From the IMG/VR virus record IMGVR_UViG_3300037470_000258, positions 1 to 31,008 of that record: a stretch of 31,008 bases of DNA. One strand, 5' to 3'. This document shows, piece after piece, positions 24,972 to 31,008 of the stretch. This DNA comes from a virus. Its lineage: Duplodnaviria; Caudoviricetes. A program made the translations under genes and the position numbers. Within the stretch, counting starts at the first letter, position 1, and every line of letters begins with the position of its first letter. The notes under the pieces are model-generated. The model had not been told where the DNA came from, searched no databases, and worked only from the letters and a program-made list of their open reading frames with translations.

Positions 24972-26626
24972 CCTTCACACAGTTTATCGTTCCTGACGCC
25001 GGCGAAAGGGTTCCTCCCCATCCTCATGACGGTTCCGAAATTTCGGGTGAAGCCGTTTTTCTGACGGTCCGCGCCAACAAGATACTGGCGGGGACTATCG
25101 ACGGTAAAGAAATCGTCGTTTCGGGCGGGGCGGATGGGATTCTCCGGTCGGACGGGTTCGTAGCAGGTTCGGCTGGTTGGGCCGTGTTCGGCGACGGCAC
25201 CGCAGAATTCAACGATGTCCTTGTACGCGGCGACATAGAGTCGGGAAACTGGGACGGCGTTTCACCACTCGACTTGTCCTCAGTGGACTCAACCGCAACA
25301 CAGGGGTTTGCCCTGGACTCGTCCGAGGGGGCAATGCAGCTTGAAGGAAACCTGTTCGCCAATGGCGACATCTTCTTCACAGGCACAATCAAGACCGCCG
25401 ACAGCGGGGATAGAGTTGAAATCTCTCAGTCGGCAGGCAGCCTGACTCTAGCCACCAAGACTTCGGCGGGTGCTACCCCTTCTAGCATTGCGCTTGATGC
25501 TGGTGGGTCGATTGACATTAGGGGAGACGGTGCTGAGAGCCTAACCCTTACCGACTTCCTCAACATTGACCTCCTGTCCTCAACACCGGGAACAGTAGCC
25601 GTACCAGAGCTTCGACTTGGCAACGACTCAGGGCTATTCAAGCTAAACCTTGAAGGAAACAGGGGCATCAGAGTTCCGGTCGGTTCGGAAACCGTACCCT
25701 CCATCAGTTTCGTGGACGACACAGACTTGGGTTTGTTCCGCACCACCTCCAACGTCCTCAGTGTTGCAGCGGGGGGTGGTGAGGTTCTACGAATCTCCTC
25801 AGCCGGACTAAGAATACCTGACGGGGATGCCACAACCCCTGCCGTCACCTTTCTCAGTGACGCAGACACAGGTATCTACCACGTCTCAGCCAACATAATC
25901 GGCTTCGCTGCCGGGGGTGGCTTCGCCTTGCAGGTTGACTCCGTAGGGCTCAACCCTCTTAACGGGTCTAATACAGCACCCTCATACCGTTTCCTCAATG
26001 ACGCGAATACGGGCATGTACCTGGTTAGTGCGGATCTTCTTGGCTTTGCGGCAGGCGGTATCGCCAAGCTATCTATCGGTACGGATGACATCATTTTCCG
26101 TGATAGTGGCGGGGAGATTGCCGGATTCTTCGATGACTCGGTCCCGGCATGGAGGTTCTTCGCAGCAGGGTCGGTATCAGGTGCTGAGAACCTGCGTATC
26201 GTTAACGGTGGTTCAGGTTCTTCCCTGTTCTTAGATGATGGTCTAACCGATGTGGGTAACCACGAAACCCTACGTTTAGACAGGGGTACGGGAGGTACTT
26301 TAAGAGCGGTTGGCTGGTTCTCGTCCTGGGCCTCCGGCAAGAACGACATCATACCCCTGATCGACTCTCCTCGATTCCCCGGCCTCCACATCATCGACCA
26401 ACTGAATGCCGTTGACTTCGAGAGGAAATCAACAGAGATGAGGGAGTGGGGGTTTGTGCTCGACGAGTTCAAAAACTTGGACGACAACCTTCGATACCTC
26501 ACAACCAAGGGCGACAACTGGGGCGGCAGCCCAGACGAGTTCGCCATCTCGGCGGTCCTTTGGGAGGGGTTGAAAGACTTGCGGAAAAGGGTTACAGGCC
26601 TCGAGACAGATGGGGGGAAGAAATGA
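24968..26626 (+). CDS. Tail fibre / receptor-binding protein with probable C-terminal S74-like chaperone
   Basis: GTG 24968 (GTGA overlap). GW....G.AEFN.V..RG motif, 3-4 G....P...F..D.DTG.Y repeats, SS...K.DI...L..V.F...WGF and a terminal coiled coil. Confidence 0.8.
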   Translation: MTFTQFIVPDAGERVPPHPHDGSEISGEAVFLTVRANKILAGTIDGKEIVVSGGADGILRSDGFVAGSAGWAVFGDGTAEFNDVLVRGDIESGNWDGVSPLDLSSVDSTATQGFALDSSEGAMQLEGNLFANGDIFFTGTIKTADSGDRVEISQSAGSLTLATKTSAGATPSSIALDAGGSIDIRGDGAESLTLTDFLNIDLLSSTPGTVAVPELRLGNDSGLFKLNLEGNRGIRVPVGSETVPSISFVDDTDLGLFRTTSNVLSVAAGGGEVLRISSAGLRIPDGDATTPAVTFLSDADTGIYHVSANIIGFAAGGGFALQVDSVGLNPLNGSNTAPSYRFLNDANTGMYLVSADLLGFAAGGIAKLSIGTDDIIFRDSGGEIAGFFDDSVPAWRFFAAGSVSGAENLRIVNGGSGSSLFLDDGLTDVGNHETLRLDRGTGGTLRAVGWFSSWASGKNDIIPLIDSPRFPGLHIIDQLNAVDFERKSTEMREWGFVLDEFKNLDDNLRYLTTKGDNWGGSPDEFAISAVLWEGLKDLRKRVTGLETDGGKK

Positions 26627-26844
26627 CCGACCAAGAAACCACAGAAACACAGCACGCCAGCGACGGCGTGCCTGTCCAGGCGTACATCGACCAATTACAC
26701 AAGCAGATCATGGAGTTGACGATGAGCAACGCCATGTTGAAGGCGCAACTAGCCGCGCTACGTGCGCGTATCGCCGAAGCACAGTTGGCCGACTTTCAAA
26801 ACCAAGAATCCGACAACGAGCAGGACGCCCCCGAACACTCCTAA
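26623..26844 (+). CDS. Small coiled-coil protein following the tail fibre
   Basis: ATGA overlap. YIDQLHKQIMELTMSNAMLKAQL heptads. Confidence 0.8.
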   Translation: MTDQETTETQHASDGVPVQAYIDQLHKQIMELTMSNAMLKAQLAALRARIAEAQLADFQNQESDNEQDAPEHS

Positions 26845-27024
26845 CGTTCCGTCCGCTCCGGTGTACGGAAGAACCTGTACGTGTGTTGCTTCGGTGGAGA
26901 CTTCCGCTGCTCCTTCGCAGTAGATCGGAACGCCGTCGTGTAGGTCGCAGAGTTCGTCGGCGTGTCCGGTGGTCCCCGGGCAGTAGCCGCGGGCGGATCG
27001 CTCACTCATTTCGCAGTCGTTCAT
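26758..27024 (-). CDS. Antisense 88-aa protein with an LPYTG + transmembrane sorting-like tail
   Basis: ...VQVLPYTGADGTLGVFGGVLLVVGFLVLKVGQLCFGDTRT*. SD GGAAGG. Four Cys in the N-terminal part. -10 TATACT at 27145-27140. Confidence 0.72.
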   Translation of the reverse strand: MNDCEMSERSARGYCPGTTGHADELCDLHDGVPIYCEGAAEVSTEATHVQVLPYTGADGTLGVFGGVLLVVGFLVLKVGQLCFGDTRT

Positions 27025-27166
27025 GATGCACCTTCCGTTAGTGCTTCCGTCGTGTGTGCCGGGGAACTCGGTGACGGAATCATCCGGATTCGGGGAGCTA
27101 CCCCTATCCCCGGCCCCTACAGGGTAGGGACCGTTCTCCAGTATATCGGCATGTCAAGGAGGAAAC

Positions 27167-28006
27167 TTGAGCCTACACACCGAACTCGAGGCCGCCGGGC
27201 TCACAGTCAAAACCGTCACCGGTTGGGGCACCCGTGGAGGCAAATGGGCGCTCAGCAAGCCCGTAGCGGTAATGGAGCATCACACTGCCCCTCCCGTCCC
27301 CTACCCGGTGAACGGCCTCTACGGCGACCTTCTGAAAGCGAACATCAACACCAAACCCGACGGGACGGTCTGGCTGATCGCACAAGGAGCCTGCAACTAC
27401 TCGTCCGGTGCCGGGTCCTCCGTCGTTCTTTCGGAGGCTCGAGCGGGTCAACCACCAACCGCGAACGCCCGCGAACGCGGCCTGGTAGACGACACGGGCG
27501 GAAACGCTTACTTCTTCAACTTCGAGAACGACCACGCCGGAGACGGAGGCCCACTCCCCCAAGTCCAGTACGACGCCATCGTGACCGCAACCCGCGTCGT
27601 CCTAATCCACTACGGGCTCGGTCCGGGGAACGTGATATCTCACGCCGAGTGGACCACCCGCAAACGTGACCCTTACTGGAACGGTTCACTCAGGACCATT
27701 GAAACCATACGCCAACAACTGGAGGCCGATATGCCGTCTATTGAAGAAATCCGTCAGATCATCCGCGAAGAAACCGGACCTTCCGTCTGGGGTTTCAAAG
27801 TGTTCCCCGCTGCCGGCGTAGAGACGGACATGAGGAACCTATCCGCCCGCACCTACAACAACACCCAAGAAATCGTGTTAGCTCACCGCGCCGGTTCTCT
27901 GGGTACCACCGCGTTCGCGGAGATAGACGACGACGACCTGCAAGATTTGGCGAACGCTGCCGCCGACGAAATCGACCGGCGTGCGAGGGAACGGCTGGCG
28001 ACCTAA
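27167..28006 (+). CDS. Endolysin, N-acetylmuramoyl-L-alanine amidase (Amidase_2)
   Basis: GW.TRG, HHTA, FEND and VISHAEWT.RK.DP motifs. TTG start after SD AAGGAGG. Confidence 0.92.
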   Translation: MSLHTELEAAGLTVKTVTGWGTRGGKWALSKPVAVMEHHTAPPVPYPVNGLYGDLLKANINTKPDGTVWLIAQGACNYSSGAGSSVVLSEARAGQPPTANARERGLVDDTGGNAYFFNFENDHAGDGGPLPQVQYDAIVTATRVVLIHYGLGPGNVISHAEWTTRKRDPYWNGSLRTIETIRQQLEADMPSIEEIRQIIREETGPSVWGFKVFPAAGVETDMRNLSARTYNNTQEIVLAHRAGSLGTTAFAEIDDDDLQDLANAAADEIDRRARERLAT

Positions 28007-28224
28007 TGAGCTGGAGCCGAACCTTTTGGATCGTCTGGGTTTCCGCCGGTTTCTTCTATGAGATGTGGGCGGTTGTCAACAAACAGCCGGGCGACACCCT
28101 TTCAGAGCAGGTCTGGTGGCTGCGTCAGAACATGAGCAGCGAAGTTTTCTCGCTGGTCCTGTTCCTGTTGGCCGGGCTTGCGGCGTGGGCTGTCTACCAC
28201 TTCGCTTTTCAGGGGTCTGAATGA
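28006..28224 (+). CDS. Two-TM membrane protein, holin candidate
   Basis: TAATG overlap with the lysin. Two hydrophobic segments around GDTLSE; ends W...HF. Confidence 0.7.
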   Translation: MSWSRTFWIVWVSAGFFYEMWAVVNKQPGDTLSEQVWWLRQNMSSEVFSLVLFLLAGLAAWAVYHFAFQGSE

Positions 28225-28403
28225 GCGAATTCCGTGAAGAGTTCCGCGACCACCGCGACGACATGCGTGCCCGCCTCACTCGCATCGAAACCAAACTGGA
28301 CAGCCACGACCACCCCCAATACTGGTCGGCGTACCGGACGCTCACTGTGATCGTGGCGGTTGTCGGCCTGGCGGCAGGGTCGTTGTGGGCGGTGCTCGGA
28401 TGA
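28221..28403 (+). CDS. Coiled-coil plus C-terminal TM protein (lysis cassette)
   Basis: ATGA overlap. RLTRIETKLD followed by a TM helix. Confidence 0.8.
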   Translation: MSEFREEFRDHRDDMRARLTRIETKLDSHDHPQYWSAYRTLTVIVAVVGLAAGSLWAVLG

Positions 28404-28459
28404 TCTGGCTGCTGCTGGTTGTCGGGGTGCTCTGGGGTTTTGTACGCATCCTCCGATGA
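28400..28459 (+). CDS. 19-aa transmembrane micropeptide
   Basis: MIWLLLVVGVLWGFVRILR*, with ATGA overlaps at both ends. Confidence 0.6.
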   Translation: MIWLLLVVGVLWGFVRILR

Positions 28460-28469
28460 GGGTTTACCG

Positions 28470-28871
28470 CTGACCGCCGCGGAGAAACGCGCCCAACTCG
28501 AATCTGTGGGGGAACCGTGGCCGGACTGTGAATGCCACGGTGAACCGAGGATGTGGACCGGGGATTCGAGGTCGGCTGCGGGCGGGTACTTCCGCTGCCG
28601 GGTCAAATACTTGGAGTGGCAGAACTCCCGTCGGGAGGCACGCCGCCAATCCGACCTGTGCGTCTACTGCGGGCAACCCGCTGTCACCGAAACCCTTTGC
28701 CGGGACCACGCCGACTACCACGCCGACCTGATGGCGGCACCACAACACAGATTTAAACACCAGTTCGCCCAGGGACGCTACCGGCGTCGTCTGAAGTCCG
28801 AAGAAGGTTTCCAACCCTCCGGGGATGGATTAGCCGCGTTTGCGGCGTGGACACGAAAGGACCGGGGATAG
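28470..28871 (+). CDS. Zn-binding Cys/His protein, apparent CTG start
   Basis: (M)TAAEKRAQLESVGEPWPDCECHGE...CVYCG......LCRDH. CTG 28470 follows SD GAGGG and overlaps the stop of a 5-codon ORF (MRVYR, 28456-28473). TTG 28419 is an alternative start. Confidence 0.75.
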   Translation: MTAAEKRAQLESVGEPWPDCECHGEPRMWTGDSRSAAGGYFRCRVKYLEWQNSRREARRQSDLCVYCGQPAVTETLCRDHADYHADLMAAPQHRFKHQFAQGRYRRRLKSEEGFQPSGDGLAAFAAWTRKDRG

Positions 28872-28874
28872 CCA

Positions 28875-29159
28875 GTGGCCAGGTACAGAGAGAAAGATAG
28901 TCAGGACCTCCGGTGGAACGACATCCGCCGGCGGATAACAAGACAGCTCGACACCGAGATCAGCGCGTTCAGGGAGAGCGTGTTGAACGATCTTCTGACA
29001 GCCGGGTGGGACGAGTTCGTGAAGAGTCTCGAAACCGGTGAGGAACTCCGGTTGGAGTCTCATGTTGCTGGGTGGGTGGCTGATGCTATGGCCGAGGCGT
29101 TGGGTTCGAAGATCGAAGCTCTCGACGTGGCAGGCATGGAACATGCACCGAACGAGTAG
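28875..29159 (+). CDS. Hypothetical protein, 94 aa
   Basis: GTG start 3 nt after the upstream stop. Helical. Confidence 0.75.
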   Translation: MARYREKDSQDLRWNDIRRRITRQLDTEISAFRESVLNDLLTAGWDEFVKSLETGEELRLESHVAGWVADAMAEALGSKIEALDVAGMEHAPNE

Positions 29160-29715
29160 GCCCCTTCGCCTCTTGGACTTCGACTGCGAAAGCCGTCCTC
29201 TTGGCTGGTTGGGTTCGGATTACGTTCACCAGGAGATCACGGTGATCGCCTGGAAGTGGATCGGCGAACCGGGCGATGTTGAGGTTCGGACGTTGACGAA
29301 GGATGACCGCTCGAGACTCACCATGCTGCGGGCGTTCAGGAAAGCGTTCGACGATGCGGGGCTAGTTGTCGGCCATTATATCCGCAACTACGACCTGCCG
29401 TTAGTGAACGCGATGCTCGTCGAGCTCGGCGAACCGGCGTTGACGATGAAGCTCACGCAGGACACAAAAAACGACCTGCCACCGATGAAGGGCATCAGCA
29501 AGAGCCAGGAGAACCTAGCCGAAATGTTCGGCCTCCCGGAACCCAAGGTGCACATGAACGTGCCGAGGTGGAGGGAAGCGAACCGCCTCACCCGCCGCGG
29601 CGTGGAGAAGGGTGTCGAACGGGCAGTGTACGACGTGTTGCAGAACATTGCTTTGCGTCAGGCGTTGACCGACCGTCGGCTGCTGGGACCCCCCAAGGTG
29701 TGGCGACCCGCATAA
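29143..29715 (+). CDS. DEDD-family 3'-5' exonuclease (RNase H-like, YprB-type)
   Basis: ExoI LDFDCE, ExoII GHY..NYDLP, DT, S...LA, ExoIII R...DV. Start set at ATG 29143. Confidence 0.85.
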   Translation: MHRTSRPLRLLDFDCESRPLGWLGSDYVHQEITVIAWKWIGEPGDVEVRTLTKDDRSRLTMLRAFRKAFDDAGLVVGHYIRNYDLPLVNAMLVELGEPALTMKLTQDTKNDLPPMKGISKSQENLAEMFGLPEPKVHMNVPRWREANRLTRRGVEKGVERAVYDVLQNIALRQALTDRRLLGPPKVWRPA

Positions 29716-29724
29716 GGAGGCATC

Positions 29725-30342
29725 ATGTTCGGACGGCGTAAACCTCCACCACAGTATGGCAACGTCGGCGGCCAGCCCCTCCCGATATCGGTTCGAAGCG
29801 AACCTTTGGTGGGTTACCGCATGTGGAGGGTCCAACCCCAACCCCAAGGCCTCGCGCTCACCTCGTTGAACATCCGGTGGACGTGGGGGGTGGAGAACAC
29901 GGCGGAATGCATCCGGTACCCCGGTGTGATGATCCCGTCCCCCAAGACCCATCCTTCCGAGCCGTCACCCTACGTTGAATGCGCCTGCGGTTTGTACGCG
30001 GCGTTGCCGAACCAGCCGTTGGGGGAGTGGGAGCATATTGTCGCCGGGGTCGTCCACGCCTCCGGGTCCGTCGCCCTCACCGGCCGGGTGATCCGCTGCA
30101 CTCTCGGGTTCAAAGCGGAACACGCCACTATCCAATCCCCCGTCGTGTTAGGAGCGTACTGCGGGTCCTCCCAAGCCTGTCTAGAGGATGTGGTGGCTGT
30201 CGACACCCAACCGGGCCGGGTTAGAGGCTGGTGTGCGGAACACGCCCCGGACGGAACTGTGGACGCCGCAGCATGGTTCCAGAACGCGGTTTATGAACTC
30301 GAACAACGATACCAACCCATCGAGTTCCTCAGTTTCGTATAG
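29725..30342 (+). CDS. Uncharacterised Cys-containing protein (GYR.W / C.CG.YA / G.V...G.VI....G..A family)
   Basis: SD AAGGAGG. Motifs EPLVGYRMW, H...P...CACGLYA and G.VALTGRVI....GFKAEHA. Confidence 0.85.
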   Translation: MFGRRKPPPQYGNVGGQPLPISVRSEPLVGYRMWRVQPQPQGLALTSLNIRWTWGVENTAECIRYPGVMIPSPKTHPSEPSPYVECACGLYAALPNQPLGEWEHIVAGVVHASGSVALTGRVIRCTLGFKAEHATIQSPVVLGAYCGSSQACLEDVVAVDTQPGRVRGWCAEHAPDGTVDAAAWFQNAVYELEQRYQPIEFLSFV

Positions 30343-30353
30343 GGAGGTGAATG

Positions 30354-30437
30354 ATGGCACAGATAGGTAAACCCGAGGAAGAGATCCTCATCCCGCTTCC
30401 CGTCCCAGCGAGGGAGCCGGTGGAAGCGCCAGCATGA
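30354..30437 (+). CDS. 27-aa Pro/Glu-rich peptide
   Basis: MAQIGKPEEEILIPLPVPAREPVEAPA*. SD GGAGGTG. ATGA overlap with the next gene; ATG 30351 is an alternative start. Confidence 0.8.
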   Translation: MAQIGKPEEEILIPLPVPAREPVEAPA

Positions 30438-30613
30438 GCGACGCCGTGGACGGCCAGACGACCGCCGAGAACTACGAGAAATGGCATCGTGCTCTCGAGA
30501 GTCGTCACCCTTTCGAATCTTTCGAACCCCGACCGGGCGTGCTCATTTCTGAACTGTTCGGGCCCGACGACGGGCCGCACCCGGACAGATGGGAGGAACG
30601 TGAAGAATCCTGA
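30434..30613 (+). CDS. Acidic hypothetical protein, 59 aa
   Basis: MSDAVDGQTTAENYEKWHRALE...WEEREES*. ATGA-coupled; below the ORF track length cutoff. Confidence 0.65.
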   Translation: MSDAVDGQTTAENYEKWHRALESRHPFESFEPRPGVLISELFGPDDGPHPDRWEEREES

Positions 30614-30782
30614 AAGCGCGGTCCTGACTGTCATATCCGGGGTCGAGTTCGTTGCTATGAGTACCGGGCGGATCCCCACTTGGACTTCGATGTGGCGTCG
30701 CCTGCCCGTACCGGCCCGTCGTGTGCTGCGTCCAATACTGGTGGCGGGGGTTGCTGTGTGGGCCTGGTTCCATTTCGATTGA
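30600..30782 (+). CDS. Small membrane protein, 60 aa
   Basis: GTG 30600 after SD GGGAGG. IPTWT motif and a C-terminal TM ending W..FHF. Confidence 0.7.
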   Translation: MKNPESAVLTVISGVEFVAMSTGRIPTWTSMWRRLPVPARRVLRPILVAGVAVWAWFHFD

Positions 30783-31008
30783 AGGAATGTTTCAGAAATG
30801 TTGGTTATTCGCTGACAGTGAAACACGCCGGTTAATGAAACACTAGGGCCACAATTTCATTCAGGTTTGAGGGCTCTTGGAGCCGGGCGTTGTGGTCCGG
30901 TGAAGGGGTCAGGCCGTGACAGCCGCAGGTACGAACCGCTCGTTGCTTCCGCACTCGCGTGCTTTTAGCTGCAAGTGGCTCCCCTCCGCGAGGTTGGGAG
31001 GCGAGTAG

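Larger units (their letters stand above)
1..31008. mobile_element. Tailed dsDNA phage or prophage region (podovirus-like virion module plus lysis and accessory genes)
   Basis: Co-oriented, translationally coupled terminase, portal, scaffold, capsid, tail, lysin and holin-like genes. No host housekeeping genes and no integrase in the window. Confidence 0.97.

Noticed and set aside
25876-27669. Long alternative ORFs 25876..26694 (-) and 26962..27669 (+)
   Set aside because: Shadow frames of the tail fibre and endolysin with Arg/Pro/Ser-rich composition typical of non-coding frames.
30920-31008. tRNA/tmRNA-like fragments on the minus strand (GGTTCGTACC; GGGGAGCCA)
   Set aside because: The pieces are in the wrong order and spacing for a T-arm plus acceptor end. 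No cloverleaf can be built within the window.

Overview
The window is about 31 kb of a high-GC (roughly 60% by eye) dsDNA bacteriophage or prophage. The host is probably actinobacterial, inferred from GC content, leaderless-type promoters, an LPxTG-like tail and an amidase lysin. On the + strand it carries an almost complete virion and lysis module: large terminase with an N-terminal Zn-finger/HTH extension, BppU-like protein, portal, a block of five large internal/ejection-type proteins (with PG-binding-like, M15-type peptidase and LysM domains), endonuclease VII, scaffold, SU10-type major capsid protein, beta-helix and repeat-fibre proteins, adaptor and nozzle-like proteins, an HNH, a tail fibre, an amidase endolysin, holin-like genes, a DEDD exonuclease and small accessory genes. 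No tape measure, tail tube or sheath is recognisable, which suggests podovirus-like morphology. Reading the raw sequence adds several things the ORF track misses: a DUF3560 gene at the left edge, a frameshifted small gene, two genes that appear to start at CTG via CTGA stop/start overlaps, three small antisense genes with their own promoters inside the late operon, a highly structured 240-nt leader before the scaffold/capsid genes, recurrent intergenic TGTCAAG sites and a 27-aa IGKP peptide gene. All family assignments come from motif recognition by eye; no database search was run.
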